Counted from the first letter of the stretch, positions 40,141 through 50,303 are shown. The stretch: 64,000 nucleotides of DNA from Candidatus Bathyarchaeota archaeon (GCA_963826715.1 CAWGYA010000008.1:672001-736000); one strand, 5' to 3'. The notes: generated by a model not told the origin, from the sequence alone. Numbers and translations: made by a program.

Positions 40141-40422
40141 ATGAAAGTTAATGTCCTAAAAAAATCTGAAAATGAACTTAAAATCGAAATCGAAGGATCC
40201 AGCCATGGACTATGTAACCTGCTTCAGAAGCGCCTCTTAGAAGACCCTCGTGTGGATTTCGCAGGCTATGATTTGCCACATCCTTTGGCATCCAGTCCAA
40301 TTATATACCTTCGCATGAAAGGCGACAACAAGCCGGTTGATGCACTGGTGGAAGCTGTGACTAAGATAAGGGAATCAAACGAAGCGTTTGGGAAAGAGCT
40401 TGAACGCGTCCTAATTGTCTAA
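40141..40422 (+). CDS. rpoL: RNA polymerase subunit L (Rpo11)
   Basis: EIEGSSHGLCNLL and FAGYDLPHPL. Confidence 0.93.
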   Translation: MKVNVLKKSENELKIEIEGSSHGLCNLLQKRLLEDPRVDFAGYDLPHPLASSPIIYLRMKGDNKPVDALVEAVTKIRESNEAFGKELERVLIV

Positions 40423-40477
40423 TTATGCTTTTTTAATTATTTTAATTAAAACTTCTATTCTCTACTGGTACCTCTCT

Positions 40478-41059
40478 TTGAGCAACTCTAAAACCTTCCG
40501 TATAATTAAACCTGAAATCCGAGTGATAGGGGTAGACGATGGCAAATTCACTTCCCATACAAAAGGCGATGTCCTGGTGGTGGGTGTGGTTTTCCGTGGC
40601 GGTTACTCAATAGAGGGCGTTATGCATACCAAAATTGGTATCGATAAATTGGACGCAACCGAAAAAATAACTGAAATGATTAATTCTTCGCTTCATCGAC
40701 CTCAATTACGATTGATTATGCTTAGCGGAGTTACTTTTGCAGGTTTCAATATTGTTGATATCAAAAAACTTCATTTTGACTCTGGGTTGCCTGTTATGAC
40801 AGTAACCCACAATCAGCCCAATTTAGACGCAATCTACGAAGCTCTCAAGCATCTACCACAGACAGAGGCTCGTTGGCGGATTATTCAGGCTACCGGTCAA
40901 ATATATTCAATCAAAAACAAAGGTGTCAAATTATATTTAGGACTGGCAGGTTTGTCGCTGGCGGATGCTCAAGTTATTCTTGAGTTGACCTCAACTAGGG
41001 GTAGTTACCCTGAACCCCTGCGCGTTGCCCATCTCATTGCATCAGGAATTACTCCCTAA
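40478..41059 (+). CDS. DUF99 family protein (endonuclease V-like)
   Basis: IKPEIRVIGVDDG, GVTFAGFNIVD and PEPLRVAHLIA. TTG 40478 taken as the start; the ORF is open from 40415. Confidence 0.9.
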   Translation: MSNSKTFRIIKPEIRVIGVDDGKFTSHTKGDVLVVGVVFRGGYSIEGVMHTKIGIDKLDATEKITEMINSSLHRPQLRLIMLSGVTFAGFNIVDIKKLHFDSGLPVMTVTHNQPNLDAIYEALKHLPQTEARWRIIQATGQIYSIKNKGVKLYLGLAGLSLADAQVILELTSTRGSYPEPLRVAHLIASGITP

Positions 41060-41113
41060 CAATCAAAATTAGAAAAAGTATAAAAGCGTCTGTGCTAAGG
41101 AGATCCCCCAAGT

Positions 41114-41476
41114 GTGAGTGATATGGAATTTTGCCCAAACTGCGGTTCCCGTCTTGAACCAAAGAAATCCAAGAGTGGGAAAGAAGCAACCCTTGTTCTT
41201 GCATGTGCTAAATGCGGCTACAAAAAACCTGAAGAGGGTGACAAAATCGAGCCTAAAGTCGCTAAGGTCATTCAACATAGCCCTCAGCAGTTTGTAGCTG
41301 TAATCGGCAAAGAAGAACAGAAACTTACCACCCTGCCAACTGTAAGAATTGAATGTCCCAGATGCGGAAACAACACAGCATACGTCTGGCAAGTTCAAAC
41401 TCGAGGCGCTGACGAGTCATCCACACAATTTCTAAGGTGCACAAAATGCAATTATACTTATAGAGAATACAGCTAA
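41114..41476 (+). CDS. tfs: Transcription factor S (TFS)
   Basis: Two Zn ribbons and the acidic hairpin QTRGADE. Confidence 0.93.
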   Translation: MSDMEFCPNCGSRLEPKKSKSGKEATLVLACAKCGYKKPEEGDKIEPKVAKVIQHSPQQFVAVIGKEEQKLTTLPTVRIECPRCGNNTAYVWQVQTRGADESSTQFLRCTKCNYTYREYS

Positions 41477-41570
41477 ACCTTGACTCCTTATTCTCTTTTT
41501 TAACTCCAGAGATCCAGAAGTGGTGCTTAGGCAAATCCTATTTTAAATTGCTTTTACATGAGTTAACGTT

Positions 41571-42626
41571 GTGTTCGGAGTGGAAAATAACTCTGCCCGA
41601 CTCCAATTATCGCTGCAGAAGGATTTTCTTATTAAACTTCTGCCCATGTTTGCGTTCATTGCGCCTTTGTTGTTGTTGTACTTGTTTAATCCACCCGATT
41701 CATTTCTACACGTTTCAGCGCGGCAGTCCTTTGAGCTTATGTGGAAAGGTAGAACTTTCCAAGTATTCTTCATTTGGCTTATCGCTTTAGAGTTTATTTT
41801 TAGCTGGGAAACAATCAAAAATAAAATTAGCCATCAAAATAGAGGGACCTCAGTAGCTTACGCGTCGGTTCTACTGCTTCCAACAGTTTATGTGTTATTA
41901 GAATATTACTTGGGTTTGAACGAAATCATTGCAGCTTGGTCTCAACAAAGTGGTGTTGTCTTCGCTTATTCGATGCCGCTTTCCATTGAGTACCTTGTCT
42001 TCTCAGCGCTTTTTTTCTCGATAATGTTTGGGACCTACGGTAAAAAGGGGCTTTCAAGATTCGCCCTGCCCGGGCTCTTTGTGGCTTTGGTCGGTGTTCT
42101 CTATACTATCGACAACTTTTTTCCTTATAGCAAGTTCACTCCTTTTCAGTTGTTGGTTCCCACAACCGCCGCTCTAGCCGAAGGGGTGTTTGGCTTGATG
42201 GGATTCATAGTTGTTCCTGGTATTGAGTTAAGTAGCGGGATGCCCACTTTATCGGTTTCAGGTTCAACTGGGTCGGCTTTATTTGCGATTGCTTGGCCCT
42301 GTGCAGGGATAGAAATCCTATTAATATTTACCGCAGTGACTCTGCTGTTCCTCAAACGAATAAACATAAGCAGTAAAGCCAAAGTGGTCTTCTTTGCCGC
42401 GGGTGTCACAATAACCTACCTAATTAATGTGCTGAGAATCGTTAACATATTCATTTTGGGTATGCAATATGGGGTAAGCTCTCATGAGGTTGACATGTTC
42501 CACTTCTTCTATGGCCCCCTTTATGCTATGGCATGGATAGTTACATACCCATTAATCGTCTTATTTTCTACTGTTGCATGGCAGAGAATTAGGAGACCTC
42601 AACCAAAACTGCTAGCCCCTGCTTAA
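41571..42626 (+). CDS. Archaeosortase/exosortase-family membrane protease (thaumarchaeosortase-like)
   Basis: Multi-TM protein with WKGR, catalytic WPCAG, NVLRI and a downstream His. Confidence 0.82.
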   Translation: MFGVENNSARLQLSLQKDFLIKLLPMFAFIAPLLLLYLFNPPDSFLHVSARQSFELMWKGRTFQVFFIWLIALEFIFSWETIKNKISHQNRGTSVAYASVLLLPTVYVLLEYYLGLNEIIAAWSQQSGVVFAYSMPLSIEYLVFSALFFSIMFGTYGKKGLSRFALPGLFVALVGVLYTIDNFFPYSKFTPFQLLVPTTAALAEGVFGLMGFIVVPGIELSSGMPTLSVSGSTGSALFAIAWPCAGIEILLIFTAVTLLFLKRINISSKAKVVFFAAGVTITYLINVLRIVNIFILGMQYGVSSHEVDMFHFFYGPLYAMAWIVTYPLIVLFSTVAWQRIRRPQPKLLAPA

Positions 42627-43206
42627 CTAGAATTTGAGCGTTCAGTGATGGTAACGATGCTACATCTTCCATGTGGAAGGGCCCGTAAGATTTCATGTCG
42701 GCACCCATTATAGCGGGGATATTTTTGGTGAATCGTAAGGTTAGCCTTTTATGGGTGACGTGGGTTTCGGGTTTCACGATAACTTTGATTGTTGGAATTT
42801 GGTCCTGCTGAATATGCTGTTTTATTTCAGGGGGTAATTGTCTCGGTTCTCCTTGTTTCAGATTTCTGGAAAAACAGCGATAGGCTTCTGAGAAACCAAC
42901 GAAAGCCTCGCACATTTTAGCTTCTTCAGCTGTCATTAACTCCACTGGTGCCTTATGCAGTTTGGTTATAGTTTTGAGAATTTTTCTGTAACGTAAATCC
43001 AGCAGGTCCCCGAGCATTCGCTCAACATTTTTTGTTTCATGATCAAGAAGGTTGGTTTTCACAGTTTTCTTTTCGACGGGTTTGTTCTGGTCTGCTTTTA
43101 TCTGCTCAAGGTACTCTGAGATTTTGACGTAAAAATCAGGCGTTAAACCTCCAAGTGTGGAGTCGTCAATTTCCCTTCGCCAAGCAGCATACAACTGATC
43201 ATACAT
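42589..43206 (-). CDS. GINS subunit Gins15 (Gins51)
   Basis: Helical A domain (DFY...LRYRKI...EE) and B domain IPAIMGADMKSYGPF; downstream of priS. Confidence 0.88.
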   Translation of the reverse strand: MYDQLYAAWRREIDDSTLGGLTPDFYVKISEYLEQIKADQNKPVEKKTVKTNLLDHETKNVERMLGDLLDLRYRKILKTITKLHKAPVELMTAEEAKMCEAFVGFSEAYRCFSRNLKQGEPRQLPPEIKQHIQQDQIPTIKVIVKPETHVTHKRLTLRFTKNIPAIMGADMKSYGPFHMEDVASLPSLNAQILVKQGLAVLVEVS

Positions 43207-43210
43207 CAGA

Positions 43211-44452
43211 TTATATAACCTCCGCTCGTTTTTTGCAGATAAGCATAACAGCCGCTGCAGTCGGCAACTCTATTTTCTGGTTTCTGTAAGGCCCCAACGT
43301 TTGTCCCCCTAACTTAAACTCTGGCGATTCCGACACCAACACTTGCACTTTGCCCTTTTTAAAAGCTACCGCTCCTACAAACGGATCAAAATACATTAAG
43401 TCTTTTGTTGGAAACTCGACTTTTTTTAGCCCGGTTTTGCAATGTAGGGTGCCGTTCATGCGGATCAACCGATGGATGTCGGTGGTGACGACGGTATCGA
43501 TTTTAGCAGTTTTTTCAACCTTAACGTAATTAGCGAGTCTCATCCATGTCCCGTCACTGATTCCCATAACACCGTCCCAATAACCGTCATCTAGACAGCG
43601 CTCTATCAGAGTATCCTTCTTTTCTCTAAGTAATTCCATTTTCCTTGGATCAAAGCCTATTTCTAATAAGTCTTCTGCGCTGGCGTTTGAGAGGAACTCT
43701 TTGATGCCCAATTTCAAACGTCGGTTCCAGCCGAAATCATGCAAAGCAAATCTCTTAGATTCGTTGGGCTTACCATATTTGCCTCTTTCCTTCTTAACTT
43801 TCTTTTCCAGAACAGCCACTCCCAACCCCGTCACGTAATCAACAATTTCCTTGCGCGCCATAGCATCTAAGCCTCGCACTATTTCGCTTTCTATATGCAC
43901 GTGGTATCCGCGATGCCCGGAAAAAAACACTCGGATCTCGTTCTCTGAGAACCCAAAATCATTCTCCAACATGTCTATGAGTTTGGCGGTTTCGTCCCGG
44001 GAGGATTGAATGCAGAATTCGCAAGGCCAGGTTCTGGTTTCGAATTTAGTACCCTCGCAGTTGGGGCAGACTTCGGGGGTGATACCTCTACCGCTAAAGT
44101 TGCATTTGACGCACCGGAATTTATCGTGGATTTTGTCGCATTTAGTGGGGATGTGGTCTGCGTCTATGTCAAAGACTATATCGGAACCAATCCAACCCTT
44201 TTTATCCATGTCATAGTCGGGGTTTTGGTAGTAGGCGCAACTATGATAGACGTCTGATGGCACTATATCAGCGAGGACAGCCCGTAAATTCTTAATGTTG
44301 TTAAATCTGCGATGCCGGATCATGAAGCGTTCTTTGAACATTAGGTAACCAAATTCTCGCTGTTCAGTAAACGGAGGTGAAGGAACAGCGTTTACAGGAT
44401 CTCTGTAAAACTCGCTGAACCTCTGAAAAACGAATTCTCTGGAAGCCTCCAT
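43211..44452 (-). CDS. priS: DNA primase small (catalytic) subunit
   Basis: QREFGY, VFDIDAD, FSGHRGYHVH and IDTVVTTDIHRLIR. Confidence 0.96.
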   Translation of the reverse strand: MEASREFVFQRFSEFYRDPVNAVPSPPFTEQREFGYLMFKERFMIRHRRFNNIKNLRAVLADIVPSDVYHSCAYYQNPDYDMDKKGWIGSDIVFDIDADHIPTKCDKIHDKFRCVKCNFSGRGITPEVCPNCEGTKFETRTWPCEFCIQSSRDETAKLIDMLENDFGFSENEIRVFFSGHRGYHVHIESEIVRGLDAMARKEIVDYVTGLGVAVLEKKVKKERGKYGKPNESKRFALHDFGWNRRLKLGIKEFLSNASAEDLLEIGFDPRKMELLREKKDTLIERCLDDGYWDGVMGISDGTWMRLANYVKVEKTAKIDTVVTTDIHRLIRMNGTLHCKTGLKKVEFPTKDLMYFDPFVGAVAFKKGKVQVLVSESPEFKLGGQTLGPYRNQKIELPTAAAVMLICKKRAEVI

Positions 44453-44530
44453 ATCTCCCTACCCAACTACTTTAGTAAATACTTGGGTTTCGTACATTTA
44501 ACTATTAACACCAAAAAGCGAACCTTCCAG

Positions 44531-46321
44531 CTAAAATCCAAAATTCTTTCTGAAAATATCTATTATGATGATTGGATTAAAGGCGGCACCGCCGAAGGAG
44601 ATCATTATGATCAGAAAAATCAACCATAATCCCGTGGCTGCTATCTCTTTTTTGTTCTCCGGAATTAGAACATAGATGAATATGAATGGCAAATACCAGT
44701 TTTGAAGGTAGGGCAAAGTGAAGCTTGGTATAAGCAGAAACAGTGCTGAAATGGAGAGCAAAATATTTCTATTTAACATGTAGATGGAATAGATGACGGT
44801 AGCTAACAGTGTAATGAGAACGGCGAATACTTGAATAGACCATGTTATCTGTGCATGCGGCGAAAATGCGTTTATTCCATTCATCACCAACTCAGGTCTT
44901 GTTTGCATGAGATAGGGTGCGCTTAAAAAGGCTGTTACTCCGCTTGTAGCAATAAAAGCAAAACCAATCAATATTTTCCAGTTACTGAGTAAGCCGTTAA
45001 ATCTGCTCTGCTGTAAAAGTTTCCCTAACCCATGATTATCAAGGGTAAGAGGAAAATGCCTATTTGATACTTAAAAAGAATCGATACCCCAACAAACAAC
45101 AGGAAAGCATCATAGCGCTTATTCATGAGCATGGTTAGGGCGAATAGTGCAAAAAGGAATGCAACAGAGTCAAACATACCGTTGGCAGCGAATATAACCA
45201 GAGTTATATAAATTACATAAACACCTAAAACTTTTAATAGCATCTGTAAATATTCGCCTATTAGCGGCTTCTTCTGTTTCCAATTGTTTTGAGTCAACAA
45301 CTGAATGTTTTTTTTCCAGTTTCCAAGTGTAAGTTCTGCAAAACTGGTTTTAGCCCAATAGCGGCTCAGAAATAAGTAGAGGCAGATATGAGCAAAAACC
45401 AAAAACAACGCAATTTCTAACTTATACACCAAAAGGGGGTCAACACCACTCTGTAGCAGAGCGCCAAAGGGCAGAAACAACAATATGCTCCCTATGGGGT
45501 AGAGATGTGGCATTTCAGGCCATGTTACAAAAATAAAACGTGAACTATCCTGGCTAGCGAGCATATCAAGTGGTTGATAAAAAACTGCAAAACCGTCCTT
45601 GAGGAATAAACTTGCCACATAGGGATGTCTAGCATGGTCAGTGTACCAGTTTTCGAAGGGGCCCAACGGATTAGGACTAAACGCAATAATCATGAGCCAC
45701 ACAGTCAGCGATATAACAACCAAAGATAGCAGCAATCGACGATTTGATCGGTTAATCAATGGCAGGGGTTTTTCTTGAGATTGGTGATGGTTATTGAAAG
45801 CGAGTTTTATCATGGCAACTGTGATAGCGGATAGGCTAAAAAGAAACAGGATTTTTGCGGGGGCATTTAACCAGCTATTTGAGTTAGAGGATTTGGGGTG
45901 AATCTATGGCTACTTCGAAATGGATGTCGCCAGCCTCATTGGAGTTGGATGTGAAAATGGCTTCGTAATAGTCGGCACCCGCGGGAAAAGTGTAATTTAT
46001 GTTTTGGTCACTTATGACCTGGTAGAATGAGGCGTTGTTATATGTAATGATTGAAAAGTTTTTTGTAAAACCTTGCGCGGATACAACTTTGATAGTAACT
46101 ATTTCGGGGTCTAAATAGGTGACGTTATCTTGACCGTGAAAATTTCCTATGCCTTGGCGGCGAACTTCGTTGGAGTTCAAATGGAAGGTGTTTTTGATAA
46201 TTAATTTAGACTGCTCCGTTCCATTCTCTTTAGGCACTATACTCGCGGCAGCGAGAACTATGCTTAATGCTAAAAGTGCGATTGCGATATAGAAAATAAC
46301 TTTGGTGTTGCCCAGCCTCAA
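44531..46321 (-). pseudogene. Multi-pass membrane GT-C-like glycosyltransferase broken into three ORFs by two frameshifts (or assembly errors)
   Basis: ORFs 45884-46321, 45025-45813 and 44531-44971 join seamlessly if one base is removed at 45895-45898 and one is added at 45029-45031. YTDH, YPIG, FD and KY motifs resemble GT87-type mannosyltransferases. Confidence 0.7.
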
Positions 46322-46401
46322 GCTTCAACCTGCCTGTTCTTTATTTTCTCTAAATATCTTTTAGCTGTATTTGATACTGATTAAAAACTATAATACATGT
46401 C

Positions 46402-47145
46402 TTATGAACGCCAAACCGCCTTTATTGTGTAAGAGAGGAAACTTTCAATTTCCGTCCAGGTCAGTTTGGATTTGCCCCGTTTTCGATTCACAAACAACAC
46501 AGGGGTCTCCCTAACAGTAAATTTTTTCTGCGATGCCTGCCGCACTGTTTCAATCTGGATTTCGTAGGTATGACTATGTAGGTCTCCGATGACTTCTTTA
46601 ATGAACGAAGTGGAGTAGCAGCGGAACCCACTTGTGCAGTCCTGTAGCTTTAAACCCAGCGAGGCGCGGGCTAAAGTATTAGCGGTTTTGCTAATGATTT
46701 TTCGCGACAATGGCCAACCTACGATTTGGCCGCCTTTGCTGTATCTGCTGCCGATTACCATAGCGCATTCGCATTCCTGCATTATGCTTAGTAACTTCGG
46801 TAAATCTTGGGGGTCATGGGAGTAATCGGCGTCCATCGTGAACACGTATTTAGGCGGTTGCTTATAAGAAAGAAAAATTTTGAAACCATCGGTTATGGCG
46901 GTGCCCAACCCCTTCTTTTTGGGTCTGCTGTAGAGCGTCACGTTAGTGTATTTGGTTTGTTTTTCTCTAATGATGTCAGCTGTTCCGTCAGGGCTTGAAT
47001 CGTCAATGACTAGAATCGATGCATCCAAGTTTAGGTGCTCTATATCCTCGATTAATCTAGCTATGTTGTCCGCTTCTCTATATGTTGGTAGAATCACGCC
47101 GATTTTGGAGTTACCGGGAGCGGCTCCAATTAATTCAAAGCCCAT
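46402..47145 (-). CDS. Polyprenol-phosphate mannose synthase (GT2, Dpm1-like)
   Basis: ILPTYREADNI, IDDSSPDGT, MDADYSHDP, GSRY and DCTSGFR. Confidence 0.92.
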   Translation of the reverse strand: MGFELIGAAPGNSKIGVILPTYREADNIARLIEDIEHLNLDASILVIDDSSPDGTADIIREKQTKYTNVTLYSRPKKKGLGTAITDGFKIFLSYKQPPKYVFTMDADYSHDPQDLPKLLSIMQECECAMVIGSRYSKGGQIVGWPLSRKIISKTANTLARASLGLKLQDCTSGFRCYSTSFIKEVIGDLHSHTYEIQIETVRQASQKKFTVRETPVLFVNRKRGKSKLTWTEIESFLSYTIKAVWRS

Positions 47146-47193
47146 AAATTATTCAACTTATAGCAGTAAATGTGAATTAATAAACCTAAAGGG

Positions 47194-48225
47194 CTATTTT
47201 ATCTGATTTTGAATTTTTTGTTTCAGCAAATAATACTTGAGAGGATGGTAAATTCGTCGGCAGATTTCATCACGGTTTTTGCACACACCATGAGTTTGCA
47301 GAACAGAGCATTGTGGTGGCGTGTAATGTGTCCCGGACCCACGTTCACCAGCAATATGTTCGATTTGGTAGCGGGTTAAACGTTCGTTATAGTCAGAGAA
47401 AGTTTTAAACATATCATTGACAGCTTCCGGAGACATCCCGATGTTAACTAGAAACGATGTTAATGTGAAGCGCCCGATATGGCTGAGGTGGTGTGCATCT
47501 GCTGCGTCGGTGTATAACGCGTTTATGCAGGGTGGAAACGCTGATTGAGTAATCATTTTAGGCATCTCCTCCACTTCTTGTCCCATGATTTCCCCAGCCA
47601 ACTTTGAGAGGTGATTGACAATGAGGTTTATATCTTCGGGGAGGTTTTTGAGTTCGCCCCCGTCTAGGCGTTTTTCCACTCGATTCTTAATTTCTTCCTG
47701 AAGCAGTCGAGCGGCATTGTCCTTGCTTAAGTAAACCATTCCGTGGTCGATTATTTGGTTTGTTAGCTTCCAAGTGGCACCATGCATATGAGCTGAATTC
47801 TTTAGGTAAAAAGTGAAGCCCAAGCGGAAATCCATATAGGGGCTGCCGTCGCTAATGTCCCAACTGAAATCCTTCGCTATCGCAGCAATTTTGAGCTTCG
47901 GCTTTTTTTCTTGACGCATCTGAGCATATGCCGTTTTCGCAACAGCTAATGCATAGCGTTTCTTTATCCAGGTGTTCTTGGTGGCCATAACTAGAATTAA
48001 AGATGCTGCGTAAGAGGAAATCTCAGTTCGCATGTCTCTAGTCAAATCGCCTGTGTTGGTTTCTATTATGGCTTTTTCCACGCGGTTTTTTGCACGGTCA
48101 AGCACACATCGGTCTTCAACGATGCTCTGTATGGTGAGCTCTAGCTCTTGGATTTTACTTGAGGCATTTTTTAAGAATGGGTATTTGGCGTAATCCTCAA
48201 TCGATAATACTGGCGCCAAATCCAT
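47194..48225 (-). CDS. priL: DNA primase large subunit
   Basis: AKYPFL, FPPCI, HIGRF, YQIEHI and Fe-S cysteines YTPPQC...C...C. Confidence 0.95.
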   Translation of the reverse strand: MDLAPVLSIEDYAKYPFLKNASSKIQELELTIQSIVEDRCVLDRAKNRVEKAIIETNTGDLTRDMRTEISSYAASLILVMATKNTWIKKRYALAVAKTAYAQMRQEKKPKLKIAAIAKDFSWDISDGSPYMDFRLGFTFYLKNSAHMHGATWKLTNQIIDHGMVYLSKDNAARLLQEEIKNRVEKRLDGGELKNLPEDINLIVNHLSKLAGEIMGQEVEEMPKMITQSAFPPCINALYTDAADAHHLSHIGRFTLTSFLVNIGMSPEAVNDMFKTFSDYNERLTRYQIEHIAGERGSGTHYTPPQCSVLQTHGVCKNRDEICRRIYHPLKYYLLKQKIQNQIK

Positions 48226-48237
48226 TTGGCGTCAGCA

Positions 48238-48993
48238 CTACTCTGTTTCGATTCTAGGTGCCAAGAAGAAAGTTAATTTGCCCTCTTTGGTTTGCTGAAA
48301 ATCAATCCTCACCGGCATGTCCGAGGAAAACTCTAGTGTTGCAATATCACTGGTTGCTGAGGCGGCTTTGATGATTTCTGAAAGGTAGCTGAGGCTGAAG
48401 GTTGCTTTAGCGTTTTCCTTTACTTCCAAGTCAAGGAGGGCATCGCTTCCTTTGGGTATGGTAATGGTTGCTCCCATTAGGTCGCCAGAAGCGGAAAGGG
48501 TCAATTTTTCAGGGTCGGCTTCAATGCGAACGTGATCACTAACAAGCTGGGCGTCTTCGATTGCTTGACTTAGTCCATGGGTAGTGGTTTTAGCTTTAAC
48601 GTTGAAACTAATTTTCGGAGTTGGTACCTCTTCCTCGGATGCTTCGAGTGTGGGCATTGTAAAGTTACGGCTGTATTTCCCTGTTATTTTTACGAGTAGT
48701 CGCCCTGTTTTTTCGTCGAGACTTAGTTCGACGGATTCGTCTTTTCCGGCACGCTTAAGAAGTTTGAGGAGTTCGCTGATATTGAGGCACATTTTTGAGG
48801 GTTCAGGGGCTTCATATTCTTGAAAGATGCTTTTGGGCCACTCAAAATCAATCATTGCGACACGAGATGGATCCATTGCGCGGAGCTTTAAGCCGTCAGG
48901 TTCAATTTTAAAGGTTGCCTCATCAACAAGAATTGAGATGGCGGTTGCCATGTCTCTTAGGAGCTTCGCGTCGGAAACTTTAAGCTTAAACAT
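48238..48993 (-). CDS. pcn: Sliding clamp PCNA
   Basis: LRAMDPSRVAMID and C-terminal FFLAPRIE. Confidence 0.97.
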   Translation of the reverse strand: MFKLKVSDAKLLRDMATAISILVDEATFKIEPDGLKLRAMDPSRVAMIDFEWPKSIFQEYEAPEPSKMCLNISELLKLLKRAGKDESVELSLDEKTGRLLVKITGKYSRNFTMPTLEASEEEVPTPKISFNVKAKTTTHGLSQAIEDAQLVSDHVRIEADPEKLTLSASGDLMGATITIPKGSDALLDLEVKENAKATFSLSYLSEIIKAASATSDIATLEFSSDMPVRIDFQQTKEGKLTFFLAPRIETE

Positions 48994-49503
48994 GAATTTC
49001 TAACCTCTTTTCCTCGCCTAATGCTTACAGTACAGGATTATATTAGCTTATCATAACGCTCTTTATTTATAAATTTAGCCTGGCAAAAAGCTGAAAGCCT
49101 TGTTTGTAAGCTTCAACCCAGGTTTCATTTTTTATTTGTGGAATCGTGGTTGCCGCAACGCGCGGTAGCCAAGGTCGCTAATCTTTCTATCTTTTCTAAT
49201 CAATCAAAACCCTTAGGCGGGACCTTTATGCCAAATCTTTTTCGTTGCTGATTTAGATCTTGGTGGCGTAGTGGACCGAGTTTCCATTGCAGAATTTTAT
49301 TACCTTTCCATAGTGAATATTTGGAAGTATTGTTTTGCTAACTACCGCTTTTATTATTATAGGACTTCCGGTTTTAAGATGTAAATAACGGGGGCCTTTC
49401 TAATATTTAAGTAACGTTTAGCTCCAACACTTTTTTTGGCTATAAAAGTGAAAAAGTATAAGAACATGTGTGTTCCCTTATTGGGAAGCTGGTAGTGAAG
49501 AAC

Positions 49504-49779
49504 GTGAACGTTCCTAAAGAAATCAATACATACTGTCCTAAATGTAAAGCTCACACAATTCATACTGTATCCCTCTATAAACCTGGCAAACGCCGCGCGC
49601 TCGCCCGTGGTGAACGCCACCACGCGCGTGAAAAAGAGGGGTACGGCGGACAGAAATATCCGTTGCAGCATGAATTCGCAAAAACCACCAAAAAGCAGAC
49701 TTTGCGCCTTAAATGCAAAACCTGTAGTTACATGTACCACAAAGACGGCATTCGCCTTAGAAAAATGGTTATACAATAA
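49504..49779 (+). CDS. rpl44e: 50S ribosomal protein L44e (eL42)
   Basis: TYCPKCKAHT, GYGGQKYP and KTTKKQTLRLKC. Confidence 0.96.
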   Translation: MNVPKEINTYCPKCKAHTIHTVSLYKPGKRRALARGERHHAREKEGYGGQKYPLQHEFAKTTKKQTLRLKCKTCSYMYHKDGIRLRKMVIQ

Positions 49780-49799
49780 AATTAATGGAGAAGAATAAA

Positions 49800-49997
49800 A
49801 TGTCTGATTGGAACAAACTCATCCCCAAGCCACGTAGCGTTTTTCTGCGCGTGAAATGCCAGAAATGTGGCAACGAGCAGTTGCTCTTCAGCAACACAGT
49901 TAACAAAATTACTTGTAACGTCTGTGGCGAAGTCCTTGCAGAGCCAACTGGCGGAAGAGCAAACATTAACGGCGAAGTTCTATCCGTCCTCGAATAA
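49800..49997 (+). CDS. rps27e: 30S ribosomal protein S27e
   Basis: PRSVFLRVKCQKCGNEQ and CNVCGEVLAEPTGG. Confidence 0.96.
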   Translation: MSDWNKLIPKPRSVFLRVKCQKCGNEQLLFSNTVNKITCNVCGEVLAEPTGGRANINGEVLSVLE

Positions 49998-50001
49998 GGG
50001 G

Positions 50002-50136
50002 ATGTCCCCAATAGCTGAGTGTAAGCCCATGTCTTCCCCAGTCGGTGGCACAGTAGAATCTATGCTAGAAAATGCCCCGGAATGTTGCAATCATGCTAAA
50101 CTTGGTGGTCAGGGCGCTCTTAGAAGGGATCAATAG
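50002..50136 (+). pseudogene. Probable relic of translation initiation factor aIF2-alpha
   Basis: Occupies the aIF2-alpha slot between rps27e and nop10. Only 44 codons, whose ends (IAECKPMSSPVG; AKLGGQGALRRDQ*) resemble aIF2-alpha termini from memory. Confidence 0.5.
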
Positions 50137-50303
50137 TGGTTTGGCAACTTAGAAAATGCATAAAATGTCAAGCATATACACTAAACAAAAGCATTTGTCC
50201 TGTGTGCGCCGGTGGAGTTCGGATTCCGCATCCAGCTAAGTTTTCCCCTGACGATAAGTATTTTAAGTATCGTATGGCAGCAAAAAGGAGCCAAGAACAA
50301 TGA
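50136..50303 (+). CDS. nop10: H/ACA RNP protein Nop10
   Basis: Hand translation from GTG: MVWQLRKCIKCQAYTLNKSICPVCAGGVRIPHPAKFSPDDKYFKYRMAAKRSQEQ*. Confidence 0.95.
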   Translation: MVWQLRKCIKCQAYTLNKSICPVCAGGVRIPHPAKFSPDDKYFKYRMAAKRSQEQ

